Below, one piece after another: positions 24,371 through 34,600 of a DNA stretch of 40,120 nt. The stretch's first letter is position 1. Every line of letters begins with the position of its first letter. The stretch is taken from IMG/VR virus record IMGVR_UViG_3300047290_000212, positions 1 through 40,120 of that record; one strand, given 5' to 3'. The notes beneath the pieces are model-generated. The model was not told the DNA's origin. It saw nothing but the letters and a program-made list of their open reading frames with translations, and did not search any database. The translations under genes were made by a program, and so were the position numbers. This DNA is from a virus. Taxonomy: Duplodnaviria; Caudoviricetes.

Positions 24371-25912
24371 ATGCCCAGACTTAGCCTATACCGCCCCAAT
24401 CGCACCCGTGATTACCAGTACCTGGACCGCATTATTAGCGAACGTTATACCGTGGGCGGCACTGACATCTATGTGCACAAGTACCTAGGCCCCCAGCCCG
24501 GTGGTGAAGATTCTGCTCTCAGCGGCAATGCTGACGCCACGCAGCCAGTGTATGACAGCCTCAATCCTCTCAACATCCAAGATCTGCTGTTGCTGGAAAA
24601 CCGGGATCGGATCTATGCGCCCGATATCTATGTGATGCGCGGCGTGTTCAACATGCAGGACATAGACTTTGACCTAACACAGTTTGGTCTGTTCCTCAAC
24701 AACGACACCCTGTTTATCACGTTCCACTACAATGACATGATAGACACCTTTGGGCGCAAGCTCATGAACGGTGATGTGCTGGAAGTGCCGGTGCTCAAAG
24801 ACTACTACCCGCTCAATCCCAACATCCCCCAGCCGCTGCCCAAATACTATCAGATCCAGGATGCAGCATTCGCATCTGAAGGCTTTAGCCAGACTTGGTT
24901 GCCGCATCTATGGCGTGTCAAGGCCACCCCGCTCAACAATCAACAGGAGTTCAAAAACATCCTGGATCAAAAGGTAGCCCAGAGCACGGTGTGGGACAAT
25001 GGTAATTTTTATCCTGCGGGCAGCATCGTGGATCAGGGTGGTGTACTTTATCAAGCCATAGTAAACGTGCCGGCTGGCGTTGACATCGCCAATACATCTT
25101 ACTGGCGTGAATACAATGCTCCCACACAGAGCGAAGTGTTTAGCACGCGCACCAAAGATCAAGAAATCAACGATCACATACTCACCCAGTCCGAGGTCGA
25201 GGTACCTCTATCCGGTTACGAAACGCGAAACTATTACATACTGCCCACAGTGGCCGGACAACCGGCTGAGCCTGCTGTTTACAATCTCTGGGATCAGGAC
25301 AGCATCTACAGCCAAGACATGGTGGTCAATGTGGGCCGCCAGTATTGGATCGCTCGCCAAAACGTGCCCGCTGGTGTAGACATCAACAATCAAGAATACT
25401 GGACTCCCTGGACCGCCACAGCGGGTGGACAGCCAGCCAATCCCACTTCACTGACCACCATAGATGGTGACACAGTTGACGGTACCCAGGGAGGCATGAA
25501 CGTGACTCCCCGTGCAGATGGTTATACCGTGGGCTACCTTACTGGGGATGGTATCCCACCCAACGGTCTACCTTGCGGGGTGGGCGTGCAGTTTCCCGGT
25601 GGACCCAGGGCAGGCGACTACTTCCTGCGGTTGGACTACTTTCCCAATCGCTTGTTTAGATTCAACGGTGTCAGATGGCTCAAGATCGAAGACAGTGTGC
25701 GCAACAACATCAGCAATGGCAGTGACAACAACACTCTGCGCAGCGGATTCGTCAACAACAAATATACCACGCCCACCACGGATCAAGGCAATATCCCCAG
25801 TCGCCAAAGTCTCAGCGAAGCACTCAAACCCCGTGCAGACAACGGCAATCAGGGCGGGCACAAAGATTCGTTTCCCTATCCCAATACACAACCTGGACAA
25901 AGGTCCAGCTAA
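24371..25912 (+). CDS. Neck protein (T4 gp14-like) with two inserted CBM5/12-like modules
   Basis: QDLLLLENRDRIY, DLTQFGLFL, GRKLMNGDVLEVP; ATG 24371 after TAAATA; upstream of the gp15-like gene. Confidence 0.72.
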   Translation: MPRLSLYRPNRTRDYQYLDRIISERYTVGGTDIYVHKYLGPQPGGEDSALSGNADATQPVYDSLNPLNIQDLLLLENRDRIYAPDIYVMRGVFNMQDIDFDLTQFGLFLNNDTLFITFHYNDMIDTFGRKLMNGDVLEVPVLKDYYPLNPNIPQPLPKYYQIQDAAFASEGFSQTWLPHLWRVKATPLNNQQEFKNILDQKVAQSTVWDNGNFYPAGSIVDQGGVLYQAIVNVPAGVDIANTSYWREYNAPTQSEVFSTRTKDQEINDHILTQSEVEVPLSGYETRNYYILPTVAGQPAEPAVYNLWDQDSIYSQDMVVNVGRQYWIARQNVPAGVDINNQEYWTPWTATAGGQPANPTSLTTIDGDTVDGTQGGMNVTPRADGYTVGYLTGDGIPPNGLPCGVGVQFPGGPRAGDYFLRLDYFPNRLFRFNGVRWLKIEDSVRNNISNGSDNNTLRSGFVNNKYTTPTTDQGNIPSRQSLSEALKPRADNGNQGGHKDSFPYPNTQPGQRSS

Positions 25913-25920
25913 GGACACGC

Positions 25921-27333
25921 ATGTATCAAAGTTTTTTTTACGACGAACAAATACGCCGTTTTCTCCTGCAGTTTACTCGTCTGGTCAGCAATTTCCAGAT
26001 CGAGTATGGTCGCGACGAAGACAATGCCAACCAGGCCGCGCTGCTGCGAGTGCCAGTGCGATACGGTGATGCCAGTCGTAACGCCCAAACCATCATACAG
26101 CAGAACAGCGCCAACATGATGCCGGCCACGCCTCTCATGACCTTTTATATCAGCAATCTAGAGTATGCTCGCGACCGTCTGCAGGAACCCTATTTCGTAA
26201 GCAAGATGAACGTGCGCCAGCGCACCTATGATTCAGCTACAGAAACCTATGAAACCACACAGGGTAATGCGTTCACTGTGGAGCGGCTGATGCCTGCGCC
26301 CTATACTCTGACCATCAATTTGGACATATGGACCAGCAACACCAATCAAAAACTTCAGTTGTTGGAGCAGATGTTGCCCTTGTTCAACCCCAGCCTAGAG
26401 ATTCAGAGCACGGATAACTTTATCGACTGGACCAGCTTGAGCGTGGTCTATCTAGATCGAGTGACTTGGACCAGTAGGAGTATCCCCCAGGGCACAGAAA
26501 ACCCCATAGACATCGCTACCCTGACCTTTAGCATGCCCATATGGCTCAGCTTGCCCGTCAAGGTCAAGAAACTGGGTGTGGTCGAACGAGTTATCATGAA
26601 CATGTATGATGCCCAGGGCGACATCAACGAAGCGGTGCAGAACAGTGATCTCTTGCTGGGTACCAGGATCATGGTCACGCCCTGGAACTACAAGCTAGTG
26701 GTGATTGACAATCAGATCCAGGTATTGTATGATCCAACCATAGTGCCCAACGGCGATTTGGCCAGCCTTGATCCCACCGCCATAGTGGGCGATAGTCCCC
26801 TGCTTTGGCCCGCGGTATTGGGTGCCTACGGTGCCTACCGCCCGGGTATCAGCCAGATCAGACTGAACTGGCCCATCGATAATCCCGACAATCAGATCAT
26901 AGGCACTATTACCATCAATCCCAATGACGATCGCCTGGTTATCTATGACGTGGACCCCGACACGGCCCCGCAAAACACATTAGAGCCCATAGATGCCATA
27001 ATTGATCCACTGGCATCAGCGCCCGGTTATGGACTGCCGGAGCCTGTGACCGGAGTACGTTATCTGTTGACACAGGGCACCGGCTCGGGCAACAATCTAT
27101 TCAACCCTACCGCATGGCTGGGTGACCAAGGTCAGGCACTGGTGGCCCAGGCCAACGACATCATAGAGTGGAACGGTTTCCGTTGGCGTATCATGTTCGT
27201 GAGTCAAGATGAAACTGCCACACAGTACGTGACCAACATAACTACTGGTGTACAGTACGAATGGACGGGCACAGCATGGCAAAAAAGTTATCAAGGGGTG
27301 TACCCCGGGGGGACCTGGACCCTGGTTCTGTAA
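25921..27333 (+). CDS. Tail sheath stabilizer/completion protein (T4 gp15-like) with C-terminal extension
   Basis: FFYDEQIRRFLLQF, VPVRYG, MPAPYTL, QLLEQMLPLFNP, TLTFSMPIWL. Confidence 0.82.
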   Translation: MYQSFFYDEQIRRFLLQFTRLVSNFQIEYGRDEDNANQAALLRVPVRYGDASRNAQTIIQQNSANMMPATPLMTFYISNLEYARDRLQEPYFVSKMNVRQRTYDSATETYETTQGNAFTVERLMPAPYTLTINLDIWTSNTNQKLQLLEQMLPLFNPSLEIQSTDNFIDWTSLSVVYLDRVTWTSRSIPQGTENPIDIATLTFSMPIWLSLPVKVKKLGVVERVIMNMYDAQGDINEAVQNSDLLLGTRIMVTPWNYKLVVIDNQIQVLYDPTIVPNGDLASLDPTAIVGDSPLLWPAVLGAYGAYRPGISQIRLNWPIDNPDNQIIGTITINPNDDRLVIYDVDPDTAPQNTLEPIDAIIDPLASAPGYGLPEPVTGVRYLLTQGTGSGNNLFNPTAWLGDQGQALVAQANDIIEWNGFRWRIMFVSQDETATQYVTNITTGVQYEWTGTAWQKSYQGVYPGGTWTLVL

Positions 27334-27743
27334 AAGCCGTGGGCGTGTGGTTCTACGCCCAGGACACGCAGAGATATCTTTATCTCATGCGCAACGACAC
27401 CAAGCATCATCGCAGTTGGGCCCTGCCTGGCGGCAAGGTAGAATCTGGTGAGACACTGCTTGGTGCCATGGAAAGAGAGTGTCTGGAAGAGCTGGGCCAC
27501 ATGCCCAGCTATAGGCGTTTGGTACCCATCGAAAAATTCACATCAGCAGACGGTGCATTTGAATACAACACCTGGGTCTGCGTAGTTGATACCGAATTCC
27601 AACCTCGACTAAACGATGAACACCTGGGCTATGCGTGGATCAGTCGAGGCAATTGGCCCAAACCCATGCATCCTGGTCTATGGAACACCATTTCTATCGA
27701 TCACATACAGGCCAAGATCCGTACGGTAGAACAAAACCTCTAG
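27261..27743 (+). CDS. NUDIX hydrolase (start uncertain)
   Basis: Nudix box GGKVESGETLLGAMERECLEELG; LNDEH. Confidence 0.88.
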   Translation: MDGHSMAKKLSRGVPRGDLDPGSVKAVGVWFYAQDTQRYLYLMRNDTKHHRSWALPGGKVESGETLLGAMERECLEELGHMPSYRRLVPIEKFTSADGAFEYNTWVCVVDTEFQPRLNDEHLGYAWISRGNWPKPMHPGLWNTISIDHIQAKIRTVEQNL

Positions 27744-28966
27744 ATGGGCTGTGCAAACAGATATTGATCTGCGGGTTGTAGATCTCGAACTGCGCTTTTC
27801 AGTTGGGCTCTGACCTCAGGTGATACCAGTTGGGGATGTACCCACCAATCTTCAAAACTGTGTGACTGATCAAATGCTATGTCAGCTGCCATGAGCTCAT
27901 AACCCCGTGATCGCAGGTAGTCCCGGCTCTGGTCTCGCACAGTGGTATCCGCATAGTAATCATGCTCAAACGTGATAGCGGCGAATCTATACTTGTGCCA
28001 TGGCATCATGGTCAGGATGGTCAAGCTGTTCTGCGGTGGATCACAATCTATCTGTAGATATCCTAGATCTCGCGGCGCGCCGTGGGTCTCCAACAGTTGG
28101 GCATAGTCAGTTTGCAAGGCGTCCTGGCACAGCACCCTGTTGTGACGTTGCTGTTGGAAATCTTTTACCTTGGCGCTGTCGATGTCTAGACTGATGCCGC
28201 GCCAACCAAATTGAGTTTCTAACAGGGCAGTATTGTTGTTGTAGAAAGGTTCGGCGCTGCCCACTTCAAGATACCATTGCTCTCTACGCCCCTGGTTGGC
28301 GGCCAACACGAACAGGTCCTGGAGACACTGACTGTGATTGTGTTTGATCTGATCCAATCCCGGAAAACTGCTGCGTATGCGTCCAGCGTGGCTGGGGTCA
28401 TAGGGTATGGTCAGGCGCGGCCAACCACAGATTCGGAGGTTGCGTTCACAGGCTTCTTTATGGCATTGATCCAGGGGCCAGCTGTAGCGCAGATCAAACA
28501 TCATGCGGCGGCTTTCTTCACAGTGCCCCACCCACCAAGCACACACGCCATGCTCGAACAACAGGCCCCATTTGCCCGGGTACTCCACATCCGTGGTCAA
28601 GGGTTCATGATCCCAATCACACATCTTGAGAGCTATGGAACTGATAAACCAACCCTCATGCCATTGCTCCTGGCGTTCGTGTGCCCGCGCCAAGAGAAAG
28701 TAGGCTTCGGGACGATCCAGACACAGGGTCATGGCCTTTTGCAGCAGTACCTTTTGGGTGTCGTCACGGGTTCTCTGACGCCCAAAACACAGGGCCATCC
28801 TCAGGAGCGATTCATACTGCAGGGTCACATCCTGTGTGCGTTCTGCGGTGCGCAGGTAAAAACTGATGGCAGCGCCGGTCTGCCCTAGATTTTCGTACTC
28901 CAGTCCCAAACGGAAATTGCAGCCAGCATCGTCAGGTTGGTTGATATAGTCTAGGAGATGTTTCAT
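27740..28966 (-). CDS. TPR + FkbM-family (Methyltransf_21-like) methyltransferase
   Basis: TPR-like N-half (AAISFYLRTAE, RPEAYFLLAR); SQCLQDLFV, YLEVGSAEP, NNTALLE, YLQIDCD, ITFEHD; ATG 28966 with ATGA overlap. Confidence 0.8.
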   Translation of the reverse strand: MKHLLDYINQPDDAGCNFRLGLEYENLGQTGAAISFYLRTAERTQDVTLQYESLLRMALCFGRQRTRDDTQKVLLQKAMTLCLDRPEAYFLLARAHERQEQWHEGWFISSIALKMCDWDHEPLTTDVEYPGKWGLLFEHGVCAWWVGHCEESRRMMFDLRYSWPLDQCHKEACERNLRICGWPRLTIPYDPSHAGRIRSSFPGLDQIKHNHSQCLQDLFVLAANQGRREQWYLEVGSAEPFYNNNTALLETQFGWRGISLDIDSAKVKDFQQQRHNRVLCQDALQTDYAQLLETHGAPRDLGYLQIDCDPPQNSLTILTMMPWHKYRFAAITFEHDYYADTTVRDQSRDYLRSRGYELMAADIAFDQSHSFEDWWVHPQLVSPEVRAQLKSAVRDLQPADQYLFAQPI

Positions 28967-31554
28967 CGAGGATAGAATCGTATGGGTTGGGGTGCTGGAT
29001 GCGCACCATTTTCGCAGCTGAGGCACATGGTGTAGCAGGTTTCTGGTTGGGGCACCACTTGTTCATAGCTTTGGCTATCCAGATTGCCTATAATATTGTC
29101 AAGGCCATAGTCCATGCAGCACAAGCTGACATCACCGTTGGGCAGCATGACATTGTGATAGAGATTTTCCACGCAGCCGCAGGTCCTGGGTCCATCGGTG
29201 TGTTGGATGCGGTTCCAGCGGTGACGCATGTTCATGAGTTCAGGCTTGAGTATGGCCTCCCGGCTGAGGTTGCCAGCGCGATCCCACATCTGACCCACCG
29301 AGAAAGTACCGTCAAAACAATGTGCCACTGCGGGATGCACCTTGGAGCCCATGCTCATTATTTGAAAATTTTGTATTTGATGCGCATTGTCTCTTACCCA
29401 TTCGCACAGACGCACATAGCCCGGAGTGATGGGGTGTTTGGCCAGGAGCTCACTGTCAGGCAAGTGGAAGGTAAATCCGCCGTTGGGCTCGCCCGCATAG
29501 GGTATGTGGGCTATGCGTTCTATGTCGTCGATGCTCATGCCAATGCCCGTGGTAAACACGCTCACGGGATGACCGCGCTCGTGCGCATACAAAACCATGT
29601 CAGAGCAGCGGCGGTTCAACCAGGGCTCCACAAAACCCGAGAATGTGATGCGTACCTCTTGAGGTATGGTTTCAAGTCTGCGCTGGAAATCTTCCAGCCG
29701 CATTATCCTATCACCTTGGTAGCGCTCGACCAAGAGTCGCTGGGGACAAAACACACAGTCTACCACGCAACCACGTTCGGGCACGGTGGTGGTCACTTCC
29801 ATGGTGGGCGCGGGATGATGCTGCCAAGCACGTTTTTTCGCTGTGGGTATGTGATTGTCGATCCATAGATTGATTGCGCTGTAGTATTCTATGAACCAGT
29901 CGCTCCAAAGATTAGGCTTGATGTTCACATAGTCCAAGCTCATTACCCGATGCGAGGTCATTTCTCTCAGGTAGGTATCTCGGAATCGGCGAAATTTGTC
30001 CTTGAGCTCGGGGGTGTTGAGATGGAACTCGCCGGCTATCTTGCGCACATTGCGACAGATCCACTCAAAATTTTCGTCCGTGAAGATATCATATTCACCG
30101 CCTTCACAATCGGTTTTGAGAAAATCTATTTGTTTGATCTCATGCTGTGCCAACAGGCCCATGAAAGTAATGGTGTCCACAGCACGAGCGTCTTGGCCCG
30201 AACTCATCTCAGTTTGGTTGGGATCAAATAGGCCCGATACCAACTGGTTGCCGGTGGAACGTGATAGGGCTCGATTGATAACCGTGACTGGTAGCTGCGA
30301 GCGTTGGGCGTTGGTGATCAAACTGGCGAACAGCTCGGGCTCGGGTTCGAGACAGTAGATGTGTGCGGGCTTTTGATCACGGATCTTCCACACAAAAGGA
30401 CCCACGCTGGCGCCAACGTCCAGGACCACATCACCAGCCTCTACTGGGAAAAACATCTGGTAAACATCTCTGTTGAAGATTTCGTCGTAGACTTGCCCAT
30501 GGAACCAGCTGTTGCGCTGTATGTTACCCCAATCAAGTCCCCGCGCCTCGGGCCTGGCTCCCCACAACAATTCCTCCAGCAAAGATCGAGCCATGCGCAG
30601 CACGAATGCAGCGTTGTCCTGATAGCCAAAACTTATCAGCAGATCATCGCCCTGCCAGGCAGCGCCACAGCAAAACTCTATGTCAGCGCCCATAAAACTA
30701 AAACTGTTGGTAATGTGGATCAACTGCCAATCGCGCGTCCAAACCACGAACCTGTGTCTGTACACAGCATCTTTTTGCCCGTGTTCGCTCTTGAACAGAT
30801 CTACCTCATGCGTCAGTGCCAGATAGTAATCGCCGTAGGGGATGACCTGGCTGCCACCTCTAAGATCGGGCAGGCCCTGTCTGAACGCAGCGGGATCTAG
30901 ATGTATGGTCGTGGTAGTGTGATTCCGGGGATCATATCTCACCACTTCGGTGGGATTGGTCCATTTGACATAGGTATAGGGCTGGTCCAAGACTGGCATC
31001 CAGTTCTTTTCACAGTAGCTGGTGTTGGCGCCCGGAGCGGGTATGCGCACGCGACTGATTTCTTGGCAGGTGGATGGATCTATCTCGCTCAGCTCCATGC
31101 GTCCTTGTCCATTGGTAGTGGTATCGCGGCGCACACCAGTAAAATACAGATGTCCGTCCCAGTCCACTATCCTGGCATCTTCCAGCCCCACAAATTCCCA
31201 GATTGGTTCCACGTCCAGCTTGGCAGTGTCCACCTGTTGTACCCGTTGGATCGCGAGATCATCATGCAAATGGGCCAGATGATTCCAGGTGCGCAGGTGC
31301 CGATCGTTTTCGGGGTGCAGATACTGCAATGGCCCGTAACGATGCTGAAACTGTTTGTTTTCGCTGTGATACAGAGTGTAGTTCACATGCCGGATGTTGC
31401 ACAGCACGCGCTGGCCGTCCACAAAAATTGACGGGTTCATGAGACCAGTACCGTTGGTCTGGTCCGCAGGTATGATTAGGGGATGCAGGCTGCCACCATG
31501 GTCTAGCGTTACTTTGACCAGACCTTTTTGTGCCACTTGTTGTGAGAGACTCAT
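28963..31554 (-). CDS. Three-domain fusion: GH130/GH43-like beta-propeller + FkbM methyltransferase + radical SAM/SPASM
   Basis: MNPSI, GLEDARI, EKNWMP, RGGS; VLDVGASVG, LEPEP, IDFLKTDCEGGE; CVVDCVFC, FSGFVEP, VMLPNGDVSLCCMDY, CLSC. Confidence 0.8.
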   Translation of the reverse strand: MSLSQQVAQKGLVKVTLDHGGSLHPLIIPADQTNGTGLMNPSIFVDGQRVLCNIRHVNYTLYHSENKQFQHRYGPLQYLHPENDRHLRTWNHLAHLHDDLAIQRVQQVDTAKLDVEPIWEFVGLEDARIVDWDGHLYFTGVRRDTTTNGQGRMELSEIDPSTCQEISRVRIPAPGANTSYCEKNWMPVLDQPYTYVKWTNPTEVVRYDPRNHTTTTIHLDPAAFRQGLPDLRGGSQVIPYGDYYLALTHEVDLFKSEHGQKDAVYRHRFVVWTRDWQLIHITNSFSFMGADIEFCCGAAWQGDDLLISFGYQDNAAFVLRMARSLLEELLWGARPEARGLDWGNIQRNSWFHGQVYDEIFNRDVYQMFFPVEAGDVVLDVGASVGPFVWKIRDQKPAHIYCLEPEPELFASLITNAQRSQLPVTVINRALSRSTGNQLVSGLFDPNQTEMSSGQDARAVDTITFMGLLAQHEIKQIDFLKTDCEGGEYDIFTDENFEWICRNVRKIAGEFHLNTPELKDKFRRFRDTYLREMTSHRVMSLDYVNIKPNLWSDWFIEYYSAINLWIDNHIPTAKKRAWQHHPAPTMEVTTTVPERGCVVDCVFCPQRLLVERYQGDRIMRLEDFQRRLETIPQEVRITFSGFVEPWLNRRCSDMVLYAHERGHPVSVFTTGIGMSIDDIERIAHIPYAGEPNGGFTFHLPDSELLAKHPITPGYVRLCEWVRDNAHQIQNFQIMSMGSKVHPAVAHCFDGTFSVGQMWDRAGNLSREAILKPELMNMRHRWNRIQHTDGPRTCGCVENLYHNVMLPNGDVSLCCMDYGLDNIIGNLDSQSYEQVVPQPETCYTMCLSCENGAHPAPQPIRFYPR

Positions 31555-31675
31555 GTCTCTCTGATTTATGCTAGACCTGCGATCTAGTCTAGGTTTTCGC
31601 ACAGCCCAATCGTGAGCATCGTCAATTTTGAGAAATAAATTGGATCTAAATCAATTTTGACTTGTATCTCACCCG

Positions 31676-34600
31676 TTAGAGTCTGCCCACTACTATTTCG
31701 ATAATCCCGGTGTCGCCGGTGAAATCTTCCAGAGCTTTGCCAATCACAGTGCCTATCATGGGCTGTGCCGATGCGCGAGCTGTTCCATCACCGGCGCTTA
31801 CCATCATATCACCCTTGAGGACATTTCCGGTCACTGATGTGGGTACCCGTCCGGTTAGGGCCACCACCACGGGATATTCAGCAGTCAATCCTGCATTCAT
31901 CACATAGCTGGGATTGGTTGATACCACACCTGCTATACGAGCATCGCTGGGAGATAGACTCAATGTGACTTCGTTTGCGCCACCAAAGCTCAACACAGTA
32001 CCGGGAGCGTAGGCTCGATCACCCGCATAGGTCTCGGCCAAGTCAGCGTACTGTGCTGATGTGGCCTTGGCGAATATGGTGTTGAAGTAGCCTGTGGCAT
32101 TGCCGATGTTGCCCACACCGTTGGCCTGACCGTTGGTGATATCCTTGTTGATCTGGATGGTACCAGTACCGGTGGGTGTGAGGAACACCCAGGCGTTGGC
32201 CGCTGTACTGGTCAGTGTGAGGTTGCCCGCGGACGTATGCACCGCAGACACCAGGTTACCACCCGTGACGTTGCCTGTGGCACTGATCAATCCAGCTGTG
32301 GTTACGTTGCCACCTATGACGTTGCCCGAGGCCGATACTGTGGTTCCCTGCACCAAAGTGGTGGCTATAACGTTGCCGCCGTTGACGTTACCTGTGACCG
32401 ATACTGTAGTGCCTGTATGGGTGGTAGCATTGACGTTGGCACCACCTAGTATGTTACCACCGGTGATGTTGCCGGTGGCCGACATCAGACCCGCTGTGGT
32501 CACATTACCGGCTATGACGTTAGCAACCGCGCTGACCGTGCCTGCAATTATGAGGCCGGAACCGGTCGCACCGGGTACTGTAAATGGCGTCAAGGAGTTC
32601 CAGGTAATCGTAGTCTGTGGTGAGACAGTGAAGTTATTGGTGCTGGAATCCACCAAGTAGGTAGCTTGAGTCGCTGCACCCAATAAAAGCTGAGTATTGG
32701 CTATAGCAGTCAACGGTGAAGTTGACGGGGTAAATGTTGTGGTATAAACCGCTGTGCCTTTGACCGCACGTAGATTGGTGATATAGCCTGTGAGTTTCGC
32801 TCCCGCAGTATCACCATAAGCACCGAGATAGGGGCGACCCGAGGGGCAAGTATAGTTGTTAGTATCAGTATAGGTTACACCGGACTGAGTACCGTTTATC
32901 CATAATTTGGTACTGCCCGATGCTCGACTCACCGCCACGTGTGTCCAGGCATTGAGTGTCACAGCACCGCCGGTAATGGCTGTGGTACCACCATATTGGT
33001 ATGTCCATGACCCGCTGGCCGCATTGATCAGTGGTGATATATCTGCCGTGCCAGTTCGCTGATCATATATCACACCGGCAGTGGTTGGATATACCCAGCA
33101 TTCGATCGTGAAGTCGCCGGTGCCAAAGGCCAGAGCCGTGGTTCCTGCTACCACGTTGGCATAGTTGCTTCCATTGAAAAACAAACTACCACCGACAGTT
33201 CCAGGTGTAGTCAGAGTGATATTACCGGCAATGACGTTACCAACCACGCTCAAGGCAGATCCACCAGAATTGGCTATGGATACCTGAGTATTACCGGTAA
33301 GGCTTACCGTGCCGTTACCAGTATCAGTTCCTATAGTAATGGTAGTAGTTGAGTTAGCTGCACCACCGGTACCAATGTTGATGGTCTTGGTATTACCGCT
33401 ACTTGTGGCACCTGTGGCTATGTTGGCGGTCTGACCGGCGGTGCTCTGACCAATCAAGATAAGACCTGTGCCTGCGGTACCACCTAGAGTAATGGTACCC
33501 GATGTTTGGCTGGTACCCATGTTCAACGCAGTGGTAGTACCCGAGAATGTTACCGCGCCAGTGGCGCTGAGAGTAGCACCTTGGACCAAAGTTGTAGCTA
33601 TGACGTTACCACCATTGACATTACCTGTAGCTGACATCAGACCCACGGTGGTTACGTTACCACCCTGTATGTTACCAGCAACACTCAACGCCGATCCACC
33701 AGTATTGGCTATGGCCACTGTGGTAGCAGTATTGAAAGTCACCGTAGCTGCTGCTGTGGTAGCCGTAACCGGTCCGATAGCTATGGTCGTGGTCGAGCCT
33801 GCCAGGCCGCCCAGACCAATGTTGATAGTTTTGGTAGAACCCGATGCGGTCGCGCCGCCCTGGATATTTGTGGTCTGATTACCGGTGCTTTGTCCTAGAG
33901 TTATCGCGCCAGTTTGGCTTGTGCCACCTATGATACAAGTGCCCGAAGTAGCACCAGTACCAAACCTATGCTGACCTGTGGTGCTGCCCGTCAACTGCAA
34001 ACTACCAGTCAACGATGTGTTGACTGCGCTAAGGTCCGCTACTGAAATAATATTACCACCAGTTACGTTGCCCGTAACATTTAGAGCGCTTAGTACATTG
34101 CCGGTCAAACTGAGACCAGCGGTATTGATATTACCGCCAGTGATGTTACCAGTACCGGTAACCTGACCTGCACCAAATATCACGTTGCCGCCAGTGATGT
34201 TACCAGTACCGGTAACCTGACCTGCACCAAATATCACGTTGCCGCCAGTGATGTTACCAGCTACACTCAGCGCAGAACCGCCGGTATTGGCTACGGCTAT
34301 AATGGTATTGGCTGTATAGGTTACGGTAGCGTTGCCAAGGTTCTGACCAATGGTTATGTTAGTGGTGCTGTTGGCTGCACCGTTCGTACCAAAATTGATA
34401 GTTTTGGTAGTTCCACCGATGCCGGCGCCCGTGGCGATCAAAATATTGGCCGATTGCTGGGTAGGCAGCAGAGTCATGTTACCAGTCTGCTGACTGCCAC
34501 CTATGGTCAGCGCACCACCGGTCTGGCCATTGATATTGACTGCACCGGTGGTGGTTAAGTTGACCGCACCGGTAGCAGAGATAGCACCCGTGGTCACGTT

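Noticed and set aside
1975-30900. Long antisense ORFs such as 1975..2676, 6415..7266, 23329..24087 and 28987..29868
   Set aside because: Each lies opposite a gene with clear family motifs or operon context and shows no recognisable motifs itself.
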